In this document: piece after piece, positions 24,171-36,031 of the stretch
Position numbering within the stretch: the first letter of the stretch is position 1
How the letters are laid out: the number at the start of each line of letters is the position of its first letter
NCBI GenBank assembly: GCA_000934665.2
Contig: KZ538458.1
Location: 1 to 64,000 of the forward strand
From: Catajapyx aquilonaris
Lineage: Eukaryota
DNA length: 64,000 nt
Direction of reading: 5' to 3'
The notes under the pieces: model-generated
Databases searched by the model: none
What the model was told of the DNA's origin: nothing
What the model saw: only the letters and a program-made list of their open reading frames with translations
Made by a program: the position numbers and the translations under genes

Positions 24171-24607
24171 CAGAGTGTCCGTGAACCGACCAGTCAGACC
24201 TGTACCAGTGGCTTAAATGACACGAGAGGATCATGTTATGTAGAGTCCTCATTATGTCTGGGCAGCCTCATTACTGAGATAATTGCCTTCAAACTACAAG
24301 TACAAAGTATCCTGGGAGGTATGGAAACCTTCAGCCACGAAATCGCATCACTGGTCAAATATTAGCAGCTTTTCCATTTGGCCACCAGCATGTCGCATGG
24401 CACACACCAGCACACATTGACACTCACCCACACGCACTTGCCACTGCTACTTGACAATCACTCTTAGGGCCAATCGCTAAATTGCAAATGATCAATTATC
24501 TCCGTAATGAGGCTGTCCAGACATAATGACTCCTCTACATAACATGATCCTCTTGTGTCATTTAAGCCACGGGTACAGGTCTGACTGGTCGGTTCACGGA
24601 CACCCTG
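24171..24607. mobile_element. Tc1/mariner-type MITE
   Basis: TA|CAGAGTGTCCGTGAACCGACCAGTCAGACC...GGTCTGACTGGTCGGTTCACGGACACCCTG|TA, about 115-bp arms. Confidence 0.92.
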
Positions 24608-26493
24608 TATAGGCAACTTAAATTATTTCATGATATGATGAATGTGACAATTTAAACGTATTCATTATGGCATACAGGAAGGGGAAGGAGAACTGGCAGC
24701 CAGTGTCTAATCCTAAAATTCCATGACCAACAAATGCATGCAGAAATGACCAATGGTCTAGTTTCCCTTACTGCACAAAATGGCAAAATTCCAAAATTAT
24801 TATAAATTATTGAGACCCTTCCTCGGACTGCATGCGCTATGTGAACAGATAACATTTGATGTCATTTACTACAAAGAAATTTTCAAAGGATATGCCTAGT
24901 AGGTATCAATGGGATCAAATTTACATCGTTTCAAAATTTATTATTTCCATCGAGAATTATGAGAAGTCATGCAAGTGCAATGTACTTGACATTCCCAGTC
25001 CCACAACCTTGACTTGTGTAGCTATCCATGTTTCTGAACTTTGCAGTTGATCAGTTACAATATCAGGGGAACGTATAAGCCATCTGGAGTGAGTCATTGA
25101 ATAACCCTGCCTACATATGTAATGGGAATAACCAGCAAATTCTTAAATTCATTAATCAGCACACATGTGACGCACACTTTTGCCTGCAAAAGTTCAAAGG
25201 TGTCAGTTCCATGAAACGGTACCACAAATAAACACACTGAAAGTCTTCGCCACGGAATAAATAAGTTGCACAAAATACAAAAAAACTGTATCAAAAAAGG
25301 GGAGCATGGGACTCTATAAAAAAAGTGGAGAGTTAAATAAGAGTGCACATTAATGTGTTATGGGTACCGTTTTTCCTACGTAGATGAAAACACATTTTTC
25401 GTTTGATCCTACCTGGTGCCATCTGTTGAGCACAGAAAACGTAACCTTCCCAGCAGCGACATCTGTAGGGTGCATAAGTCCTCAGCTTTTGGGCACCCTT
25501 AAGGCAGAGGAGGGGGAGTTTTAAACTATGGCACGCAATGTTACATTGTAATGCAGAGTGCAGCACTATACATTGTCATGGTTACCAACAGCTTTCAAAT
25601 GGTGACTAGTTTCTCTTCTTTCAGGAAAACATTCTAGAGGGAGAGAAAAGACAAGTATTTAGATATTTGTGCAGATGGGCTGCTAATATCTCTCTGAACA
25701 ATGGAAATGGACCATCATTTTCTCTGAATGTGCAAATGTAGCTGGCTCGATAAATATTCAGCTCTTCTTCAGTGAGACAAGAACCACGAGAGGTAAAATG
25801 TATTGCTATCTGAGATGTATAGACTCATGACCATTTGGTACTACTCAACAGGTATGGTTTACATCCTTCCCTACGGACTGAAAAGCAAATGCCTGATTTT
25901 TCTGTAAAAGATTAGCCGTAGCTTCACCAAATTATGTTCACAATCTTGTACATGCGTGTTTGATTTCCTTATAGCAGGAGGAAGATGGTTAACCCCTTCG
26001 GCCCCAGATCGGCCCGAACCACACAGTTTTTGGCTTACGCGTACTCCGAAGATACGGACAAGATATTTTGCAAATAATAACAGCTATACTTACGAGATCT
26101 GGGAAAACCCTATGAATGTGTCTGGAACCATTTTACTCGTCTAGAAGTCCCTAAATTAATTCCCAAAAAAGGGCTATAATAACTCGAAATTGGACTACTG
26201 CCGCCCAATTTTAGGCTGATTTGATTATGAAATGCGTGAAAATGTGCGGAATAACAACCATGAGAACCATGCCAGAGGAATTTGCTGAAATCGCCATACT
26301 TGCCGAGAAATAAATTAATATTTATTTGCGGCTTTCTAGCACTTAGGAAAACTCCTAAATGAGTATGAGATGAATTATCTGAAATCGTCGTACTTCATGA
26401 GAAACAAATAAATTTGGGAGTTTTCCGAAGTTTTCCGAAGTGCCAGAAAGTGAGTTAATTGATAGGACCTACCAATATATTAATTCCTTGCAA

Positions 26494-27481
26494 CTACAGG
26501 TTAATGTGTCGAAAACCAAGGTAATAGCCTTTAGAAAAGGTGGCAACTTGGCGAGAGCCTTGGGTTCGAGGGTGATTGACATAGTAGGTATAAATATTTG
26601 GGGGTAACTTTTTTCACCTCCGGCATATTTGGTATTCAGGCCGAACTGATGAAGAATAAGTTGATTGGTGCCATAAATTCCATATGGCAGACGCTTAGGA
26701 ATCTGAAACTAAGAAAATTTCAGGTAGCTATGAAGCTATTCGATGCGCAGATTGTGCCAATAGCTCAATATGCTTTTCACATTTGGGGACTAAGGTATCT
26801 TACCGAGATCGAAAGGATTCAAAATTGGTTTGTGAATTATTTTTTTTTGTCTTCCGCAGTCTGCAGCAGGTTTTTTCTTTCGGTTAGAGACAGGTATTTC
26901 CCCCTATCGTTTAATTGGTACGCAACACTGCTACAAAAAATTGCACTGTATGGTTTAACTCTGGATGACTTGGAATCAATGAATTTAACACAAGCCTGGG
27001 AACATATGGAACTTTTCCATCACAATGAGGACTTAGAAAAAAGAAATAATTCTTCAGTATACGGGCCAATACATAAGGTCGCGTCTTCCATGGAACAATA
27101 TTTTTCTTTCAATTTGCCTTTACCTCATTTGCGGCTGTGGCTAAACTTTAAAAATAATTCGAGACCTATATGGATCGCAGGCCATAAGGTTGGTTTTTCT
27201 TTGGATCAGAACTGTGACTGGTGCAATGAGGGCCAGGTTTTTTCTTGTTACCATCTTATGTTTGAATGCCTGATATTTAATACACCTCGCAGACAATACC
27301 TGAATAATGTTCCACGTTATCCTCCCGACTATTTCCATTTGACATTCTATGAACCCACTAAATTGGTTATTTTTTATGTATATAATTTCTGTTTGTATGT
27401 GGGTAAATACATGTCCATGTGTGTCGCATGGGGTTGTGTCCCATAGGAGCAATGCTCCATAACGGGGTAAAAAAAAAACAA
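26494..27481 (+). mobile_element. 5'-truncated LINE (CR1/L2-group-like): RT C-terminal end, CCHC knuckle, poly-A tail
   Basis: VNVSKTKVIAFRKGG...YKYLGVTF...KLFDAQIVPIAQYAFHIWG...IERIQNWF...CDWCNEGQVFSCYHLMFEC; ends GGAGCAATGCTCCATAACGGGGTA(A)n. Confidence 0.88.
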
Positions 27482-27527
27482 CAAAAGGTTAAGGAAAGGG
27501 AGGAGATAAAAGTGAAAAAATGTCTAA

Positions 27528-27652
27528 GGGCCGGTTTCACCTAGCTCAGTATATGATAAAACCAGGGTATTTCTCAAAATCCCTATCTATTTGTATGGAT
27601 TTTCCTAAAGAAAACTGGTTTTATCATATACCAAGCTCGGTGAAACCGGCCC
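27528..27652. mobile_element. PIF/Harbinger (Tourist-like) MITE
   Basis: TAA|GGGCCGGTTTCACC...GGTGAAACCGGCCC|TAA; related partial copy near 42146-42230. Confidence 0.9.
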
Positions 27653-27805
27653 TAAGTGTATTGGTGCCTCTCCCGCTCCCCGTCATCCTTCCTACTCCCA
27701 AGCATTGACCATCCCTATTCTACATTTCAGAGTCTATGTGTACTGGGCTAGACACAATCGCATGAGTGGTGGCGTAACTTTCACTTTGCAAGAGGAAAGA
27801 GGACA

Positions 27806-28603
27806 TATGTGGAGTGACCAATCAAAATGCAACAAACGCCAAGAAAGCCATTTCGAGATATTCAACAAAAACCGATTGCTCCCAAATGGAATGTGACCAA
27901 GAAACAAAATGTGCAGTACATTATGCCCATTTGCAGAGGTGGTTAATGGTGTATGTTAATGAAATCAGGAATTGTCTAGTCACGAGAAAAAAAATTAATC
28001 AAAATTTGACTTATTGCGTTTTGATTGGGCACACGTGTCAGATGTTGCGTTTTGAACGATCATTCTCATTGGCTGTATTATTAAACTGTGACAAATTCTT
28101 AGTTTCTTCTCTCAGCAGGAACTATGATACCATATCCTTGACACTAATTATTATCTAAACACAATGCTAATCATGAGAACATTATTAGCTATTTTTTAAC
28201 ATTTTTGTTACTTATACACCCTTCGGGGTTGGAGCGAGTCGATGAGAACAACATACGTACTACTGTAGTACTGTGTGGGTTGGTTAGCTTACTCTATGGG
28301 GTTGGTAAGATATCGGCCCCCCCCATTGGCTGCTTGGCGCACGTTGCGCTTTGAAGTAGCCGGTATGGGTCACATATGTGACCCATACCGGCTACTTCAA
28401 TGGAGTGTTGCTTCAAAATGCAATATATATTGCATTTTGAAGCAACACTCCATTTTCCAGCCCTTATAACAGGGTAGATATTGCATTTAGAAATGTCACA
28501 ATCTAACACACACGTAGACCCGAGCCTCAAGGACGTGCTACCACCTATAACTCGATTTTGAAAATTTTGGCGTTTGTTGCGTTTTGATTGGTCACTCCAC
28601 ATA
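27806..28603. mobile_element. Non-autonomous TIR element, unassigned
   Basis: About 37-bp TIR ATATGTGGAGTGACCAATCAAAAYGCAACAAACGCCAA at both ends. Confidence 0.8.
28351..28452. repeat. Two abutting perfect spacer-less palindromes (50 bp and 52 bp)
   Basis: 28351-28400 and 28401-28452 are each exactly self-reverse-complementary. Confidence 0.97.
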
Positions 28604-29450
28604 TCCTATGTCCTTGAGTTCTTACATCAGCTACTGCACAAACTCTTTTGTTACAATTCCTCCCTTTCCTTTGATGCACCTTTTACAGAACATGCATACC
28701 AACCTTGAGACAAACCACTTTCATCCAAAGACATCATGCCAAATGAAAATTCATCCAACAGAATTATCTTTCAATTGGCCTATATCTTTTCATCTTAACA
28801 CTTTGTCCCAAGTTGCTCTTCAAATACATGTTGTCCAACAAAATTCTAGTTCAATGACCAAAGACTCAATATATTGCAATAGTACAGGTAGACCATGGAT
28901 AGAGAATTTATTCTTGCTTTGATTGTTGTCAAAAGGAACATGACAATAGCAAAGAATACATGACATACACTCAGAATGGCAACTGGGTCTTTGGTCTTCG
29001 GGTGAAATTCTTTGGTCACAGTGTCATTTGGACAAAATCTTGGTTGAGAATTCCACTGAAATGTATTTGGATAATTTTTTGGACTAGTGTGGTTTAGATG
29101 AAAAGATATATAGAACATTAAAGCTTTTTACTAAACTTCAATACCGTACCTTCCATTTAGCTTGCACACAGATGAATTTAGTGAAGTCTGTGCAGAATAA
29201 ACCGATGGAATTTGGCAAGATCACTGTGTGCTCAGTGATCAATATTGGGATCATATCCTGCTCCCTAGGCAACCACTGAACGTGTAGGAGTCTTTCGGCT
29301 TGCCGCTCTCTCTACAAAATGTACCTATGTCTGCAGCATTACTGGTTGGTCCCTCATCATTTCTCACCTCTAAATCTTTGAATTGTTTTGGGGCAACAAG
29401 TATACTGCCAGCCGGATGACAAGGCATTAGGTAAAATTTCGGATAAGCTA

Positions 29451-30213
29451 TTGTTTATCCGCACGTTAACAACAAGGCCTCCCGACGGTTGGCAACGTTG
29501 CGTCGCAAACAATCGGGTGCCTATTGATACTGCTGCATGGTTACATGGAACTGTGCTTTATTTTTCTTTTTGGGCTTTCGGGGATTCAATTCGGGATTTT
29601 GAGGTGATTAAGTGGATGGAATAGCCCTTTGTCTTGGTATTGCTGCATGGCTTTTTGTTACCGCAACAGTACTGTACATTGTTGTGGCCCTGCCAGGCAC
29701 GGTACGTCGCCCGTGCGTGATATTTTTAGTGTTTGCGGAGCGATAGCGGAGCTGGGCGCTTATTGTGGGTTTCTGTATCCGCAACATTTACTGTCCGTCT
29801 TGTGGCGCCGCAGGCCAACGAACGTTATTGTGGCTTTGCCAAGCGCGAAGTACACCTTCACACAGTCCGTTAAACCAACGAACTACATGACGCCAAGTTC
29901 CGCCCGCCACCACCCGGCTCTCCCCTCCAATCATGCCCACGACTCACTCTGCAGGCATACTACTGCACACACTCAGAAAACACAGCTGGTGTGACATCAT
30001 ATCGTTCTTTGGGTTAACGGACTGCAGCGCAACCATCGTGGCTTTCATATTTCCCACCTCCTTCATTAATACTGTGGTCCTACAGCACTCGTCTGAACGG
30101 TTCGCGTGGCAGGGGTAAGAAGACGCCCTTTGTTGTGCTCTCCCGGCAACCGGTTGTTTGCGACGCGTAGCCAACATGTTTGAAGCACCGCGTCGCTATG
30201 TGCGGATAAACGA
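29451..30213. mobile_element. TA-flanked TIR element, unassigned
   Basis: TA|TTGTTTATCCGCAC...GTGCGGATAAACGA|TA plus subterminal IR GCGTCGCAAACAA / TTGTTTGCGACGC; CpG-rich interior. Confidence 0.75.
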
Positions 30214-31059
30214 TATCCAATGAAATTTTGGAAAGTCAGATGTTTTCAAACAAATATGATTTGGGTGAAATGTTATGTAACCTTTGGTACAGATCAGATC
30301 ATATGAAGGTGAAGCAATTGTTCGCATGCTACCACGTTAGACTTGATTCAGGTAGTTGGCCATTACGTTGGGCTCAACGCCATGGTTGCCTGTGTTTTCC
30401 CTGATCCCTTGCTGTCTGGGGCCTACTATGCCTTTGACCAGCAGGTATAAATCATGCAATCATGCAACTAAAAGGTGAGCCACTAAACAAAGATCAACCA
30501 AGAGCTTCACTATCACACACACATATTGCCATCTTGCAAGTTCAGCATTCAAATCAAAATGGCAGTAGTCACTTGGTTGCTCAAAACGAATGATATTGTA
30601 AATGATAAATAGTGGTAAATAAACAAATGCATGGGTATAAAACAAAGAAGAGATTAAAAATAACATTAAAATGTGTAAACATAATACAACCCTCAAGAAA
30701 AAGGCACATAAATGTAAGTGACAAGATATTTACCATGTGTGCCAGAAAATAAAACATTCATATATAAAAGAAACAGCATGGCCCCTAGGAACTTTGGCAG
30801 TAAACCCATCTTTGGCTGTTATAATCACTAAACAATATGCATAGAGCCATGTGGAACAGCTATGGACTCACTAGCAATTCCAGGAGTGTGATTCTAGCAT
30901 ACCTGCAACAGTGGAATTTCCTTTGAGGAACACCTGATACAAAGTCGCTTCTGATTTTTGTCAGATGTAATGGAGTCAATTTCCATGTTTCATATTTTTA
31001 TTCATAAAAATAGAAAAGCATTAAACTTTGCGAAATTTTTTACCTTTGGTTGTGTTGGG

Positions 31060-31867
31060 CTACAGTGGAGTCTCTTTTTTCCACGGGAACCCGTTGGCTC
31101 GCTGGTGGTGTGCACTACCTCCTCGTTGTTGCCCCCCCTGCCCTGATTTCAGGTTTGGGTTGGTCACAATTCCATTCCGCCGCACCTTTTGTCCCTGGGC
31201 TGCCCCAGGATCTGGGGGTGACCTGGTCCCTAGGATGATCTTCATATGAGAGTCTTGTGTGAATGCCAGTGGCGCCAAACCCCCCTCACCCTCCAGAGAG
31301 AATGGGCAGTTGATCGCCGTAGCTTGGCTCATTCTTGCCCTCATTAGGTCATTGTTGAACCCAGGTGCTGCCCCTGGGCTCAGGCGCGAGCTCAGTGCAT
31401 CACTTAGGGGTGACTGTGGTGGTGATGCATATATAGGTGATTGTGGCTCACTTAATGGTGACAAAACACGGCTCAGTGGGCGATGCTTGGCACGTGAACA
31501 AGCCTGCACCTGCTGCGTAAAGGCTAGCGGAGCTAAAGGCTGTTGTGGTTGCTGTGGTTGTTGTGGAAGTGGGTGATGCTGCCTCTGATGGTGGTGGTGG
31601 TGATGTTGTGAGTGTTGAGATGATTTGGTCGATGATGTTAAGTTGGATGAGCTTTGCCCTGAGGAGGTGTTACCAATGGAGAGAATAGAGCGGCGCTTTT
31701 CAGCATCTGCTAAGGTGGACTCGGGTGATGTTGCTGTTGGTGCTGCACTTTGAGGGGCAGCTGCAGAAACAGTTGGCACATCAGTAGTAGCATCCTCCAA
31801 GTGGCAGCACAAGACAGCACTACTTGGTTTGGTCTCGCCCGTGGAACCAGATGCAGATGATGTTCCA
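31060..31867 (-). CDS. ANKRD50: ANKRD50 terminal coding exon (low-complexity tail ending KKETPL*)
   Basis: TTACAG|T GGA ACA...STGETKPSSAVLC...SPEST...KRRS...FTQQVQACS...MKIILG...KKETPL TAG. Confidence 0.92.
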
Positions 31868-32181
31868 CTGTAAAGAGTTTACTCCTTAGATGTTTCATTC
31901 AGTACAGCTAAAATATGAAGCATATGCAGAGAAAATGGATATAGCAGGTTGTTTAGATGCTAGTCACTGGCAGGGACCTAATTTGAGTGTTTAACTCTTC
32001 CTTCTCTATGGCGTCTCAAAGACATGCTAATAAGTCAAGTTGTTCATGTGTGTAGTGCATGTTAATATATCTTTTACATCAGTATAAATACCTGTAAGAC
32101 ATGAATTTTTTATTGGCAAGTAGGAAAGTCAGAAAACTCACATAACTTATTATGTTAATGCTGTAGAAACTAAATACTTGC

Positions 32182-32519
32182 CTATTCTGCTGAAAGGGTG
32201 TGACAAGAGGCAGCATAGTTGGTCGGCAAGAATGCTCCTCCAGCATTCTGACTACAGCTTCATGGCCACTCTTGACAGCTACCCGCATGGCATTCCTCCC
32301 ACACCTGTCTGACCTGGTTGGGTCAGCTCCAAACCTCAGTAAGACCCGTACACATTCTGCATGCCCTTCTTGTGCTGCTATGCACAATGCTGTTGCACCC
32401 TGGTTGCAGGGGTGGTCCACAGATGCACCTCGCTCCAAAAGTAGCCGCACAACTCCTGCATGACCCTGCCAGCTTGCAGAGTGCAATGCTGTGCGATTCT
32501 CATTATCAGTTGCATCCAC
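32182..32519 (-). CDS. ANKRD50: ANKRD50 coding exon 4 (last ankyrin repeats), GC donor
   Basis: VDATDNENRTALHSASWQGH...GATALCIAAQEGH. Only AG|GCAAGT gives the phase 2 required by the next exon. Confidence 0.9.
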
Positions 32520-33169
32520 CTGTAAATTCCAATTAACTAATCTCAAAATTAAAGGTAAGAAACCTTCCAATTAGCTGTATTAGCAGAAGCATAATTCTTT
32601 TCATGAAAGTTACCATGACAATTACAGCACAGTGAAGCCTGTCTATGACACATCCTGGATGCTGCAAAAACTTGCCCATTACAGACTTTATTTATTATTC
32701 CTGCAGCAGGATATTCTATACATTTCTTTGCATACTGTAAAATAAAACTTGCTTGGAAATTTTTTGCTAACTGTAACTCAGCTACAGACAGCTTTCACTT
32801 CACAATCCGTGTAAATAGATGTAGTATAGTCCCACCACAAAGACCTCCCAGTTTAACATTTATTAATGAAAATCCCCATGTGGACGAGATGTACTGCATA
32901 TCTGTATGTACTTTATTCCATAGCAAAGAGGGGAAGGAGAGAAGTGAGAGAAATGAAGAATATGACAAGAAATGTGCCATAGAAACATGTAAAAGCCATG
33001 TAAATCAACATAATTTGCCTGATGGAGTATATAACTATATTATGTTACAGTTTATGATCTTGCCAAGATTCACACAAACTTACAAGCTTGAAGTGGAGAT
33101 GGGCAGGTAGCCCAAATCTTTCTACCTATGATGGCACCTTTGATAAGGATCACTTTCGAATATGAGATA

Positions 33170-33522
33170 CTGTATAACCTCTCTTAAGGGAAGGCGGAGT
33201 GGCGCTGACGTAAAGTATGCACCCATGGATGTAAGGGTCCCGGGTTCAATACCAAGCCCAGGCATTCCCCCCTTCATCTCGTGCAGAGTTCGGGTCATCT
33301 CTGGCATTGTCTCAGGTGGGTTTCTGCTAGAGACTAGACTAAACCACCTGAGGGAGTTCACAAAATTACCACAGCAACTGTACTGCACTGCACATTCCCT
33401 CCCCCTCATCCCCCCTTGCCCGTGGTACCTGGGAGTTATGAAAAAGGACCAATAAAAGCGTGCACACTTAAAGCAAATAAAGGTACCATGCCAGATGCCC
33501 ATCATGGGCGGTGCACTAAACC

Positions 33523-33578
<56 letters not shown>

Positions 33579-33920
33579 GTATTACCTCACTTAAATCGGC
33601 ATGCAGGCCACAATAACCAAGGTAGATTTCCATAATTTTGATCCTTGTCAATTTTTTTTAGAATGCATCTGATACTGTACTAAAATAATGTTACGGTGAA
33701 AAATGTGTGAGTACAGGGCTGTGAGAATATGCAAGTTCATCTGTTGCACAGGGCACAGGGTGTGACCAATCCCATATTCAGCCTGCTATGAGAGGGGAAC
33801 CCCCGTAAACATTACAAAGGATCAAGGCAAATTACTTCAGTCCTTCATTTTGCTCAATAGTTCGCTGGTTGCAGATCCTGTTGGCAATCAGAGGATCACT
33901 TTGTGTAGTGGAATCAATTT
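33170..33920 (-). mobile_element. Second copy of the CCGTATT-type DNA transposon, terminus split by a SINE
   Basis: Removing the SINE restores TA|CTGTATTACCTCACTTAAATCGGCATGC (compare 9194); 33599-33920 matches 9498-9823 inverted. Confidence 0.7.
33188..33577 (+). mobile_element. SINE family A, copy 2, with a different 3' tail and (TTA)n end
   Basis: Family A head and core; TSD TGTAT(A/T)ACCTC(T/A)CTTAA (33171-33187 / 33578-33594). Confidence 0.88.
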
Positions 33921-34018
33921 GTCTGAGAAGCTTCGTTACTCACAAGGGAACAATAAGTGTTGTCAATGGAGTTGCTGAATGAAACTTGGCACAATAATAT
34001 AGGCAGGGAAGTTATTAA

Positions 34019-34488
34019 CCCTTAACTACGTAGGTGGAGCCTGAGAGGCTCCAAGCACTATTTAAACGCATGTAACTTTTTCATTGAATTTTATTTTCCA
34101 CTCTCCTTCCGTGACTTTGTCAGAAAAACCTTCCTAAGCATGAAAAGGAAAGAAAATTTTTTTTAGTCCCTATTCTTTGGTTTAAAAAAATTCGTAACGA
34201 GGAACAGGTCCCTCTAACCACTCAGGCTATCCCTATGCAGGTGAAGCCAGAGCGGCTCAAAGTTGTTGATGTAACCTTTTAATTAAAAAATTTTCCCAGT
34301 CTGAATATGCCGACTCAGCGTGTGATTTTTACGTTTTCGGAAGCCTAATGATCTGAACTGCACTTTCTGTATGTGAAAAGTCCAATATAACAATTTAGTT
34401 GATAAGCATAAATTTAAATATACCGTTGGAGCCTCTCAGGCTCCACCTACGTAGTTAAAGGTGTTTCGCCCACCTACGTAGTTAAGGG
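34019..34488. mobile_element. piggyBac-type MITE
   Basis: TTAA|CCCTTAACTACGTAGGTGG...CCACCTACGTAGTTAAGGG|TTAA with a longer subterminal IR. Confidence 0.93.
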
Positions 34489-34764
34489 TTAAACAAAATG
34501 CAAACCGATTCTGCAGAGAGCTACAAGGTCAAAAGTTATGACCTCTCAATGTCAGCCCGGACAGCTTACCTTACGGCAAAATTTAAGATATCACACTCAA
34601 AAAAAAAGCAGACCTTTTATTGCATCACAGGAATGGGATAATTACTCTTATTACAACGAGCTAAATTGCTAGATCGCAGCCATATTTGAAAAATGCTTAT
34701 TTTAAGGTGAAATCCCCCACAGCAGATTTTGGTAAAAGGACTGGGAGCCAGACTCTTCCCTTCC

Positions 34765-36031
34765 CTTGTTCGAATATTTCACGATCCCAAGCAATGGTGA
34801 CAACTGAAGTAGACCTAGGTTCACCAATATTCAGTGTTCGAGGTTTTGGTGCCATTTGAAGACAATGGCGATGGAGGCAATGACATGCTAAGAGATGGTG
34901 AAGATGTGCCCCACAGCATTCCGATGGTACAAGGCAGCAAGGGTTGTAGTCAGCTTTCAAAGAGCCAGGTCTGCAGGCTCCCATCAGAATTCTTACAGAG
35001 GAGGTCATTAACCCTCGGACGGTGACGTGGGCACTTTTTGTGACCAATGACCCTTTTTTTGCTATAACTTGGCAAATTTAGGACATTCGAGATTCATCTT
35101 TGAGAACATTTTCGCTTTACTATTTCTGTCATGAATGACGTTAAGTTTAAATTTTTTGAGCAAATAGCACGACCAGGAAAAAATAAATTAGGCGGCAATG
35201 CGTAGATGGGGCCTAACCAAGATCCGGTCTGGCGGCTCCCGGTGGCATCCCAGGCCGCCAAGGGGTGGAATCCCCCTACCCCCGGGAGTTGGCCCCGACT
35301 GATTTTCTTTCCGATTTTTTTTCTGATCGCACTATTTTCTCAAAAAATGTAAACTAAACGCTATTTGCCATAGAAGGAATCACACTATGATTGTCTCAAA
35401 GGTGAAGCCTGAAAGTGCTATATTTCGCCAGATATAACAAAAAATATGGCTTGGTCACAAAAAGTGCCCACGTCACCGGAGAGCGAACATTTCGCATGTC
35501 ACCGTCTGAGGGTTAACACTACATGTCCCGGAAGATCGGCACATAACTGTCGATAACCTTGCCAGAACGATTGGTACCTCCAGTGCTAGCGTCCACGCAA
35601 TTTTGCATTGACCATTTGCACATGCGATGCGTTTGCACTTGATAGAGCCCCAAGCTGTTGACTCCAGAAGAGATGCAGATGTGGGTGGAGGTTTGCAGAG
35701 AGTTGCAACGTCTTGTGGCCTCACATGGTAATCAGTATCTGCTGTTCATAATCTTAGCATGTCGTACACCTCTTTGGCTGTTTTATTCAAATGGCAGCAA
35801 AACCTCAATGCTGAATTTTGGTCCTCACTGCCGATATCTGGCAGAGCGAAGGCGAATGTGAACATAGGCCTACTTCCGCTGTCACCATCTCTTGGGATTG
35901 TGGAATATTCGAGCAAGAATTGGTGTTCTAATACTTCAATCCGGTCTGGACACGATGCCATTCACCACGAGTCATGAACTAATTCTCTTTGCCACATGAA
36001 AAATCAGTCTGTTTGTCTTTACTCGTCCTCA
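34765..36031. mobile_element. Mariner-derived 5'-end fold-back relic interrupted by a piggyBac MITE
   Basis: Minus arm: TA|TGAGGACGAG end and EDQNSALRFCCHLNKTAKEVYDML. Plus arm 34765-34893 is its inverted copy and continues after the MITE as EDRHITVDNLARTIGTSSASVHAILH...HMRCVCT**SPKLLTPEEMQ. Confidence 0.8.
35012..35512. mobile_element. piggyBac-type MITE
   Basis: TTAA|CCCTCGGACGGTGAC...GTCACCGTCTGAGGG|TTAA plus subterminal IR GGTGACGTGGGCACTTTTTGTGACCAA. Confidence 0.93.

Noticed and set aside
25989..26459. piggyBac element starting TTAACCCCTTCGGCCCC
   Set aside because: Only one plausible end; no matching right TIR found at 26455 or 27490.
26598..27446. 282-aa ORF as a host gene
   Set aside because: LINE RT C-terminal fragment without the catalytic core, disrupted upstream and followed by a poly-A tail.
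28700..30282. Old Mutator/Phantom-like element suggested by TCATCCAA-type motifs and a GAAATGTTATGTAACC end
   Set aside because: Too degenerate; no left terminus or TSD could be defined.
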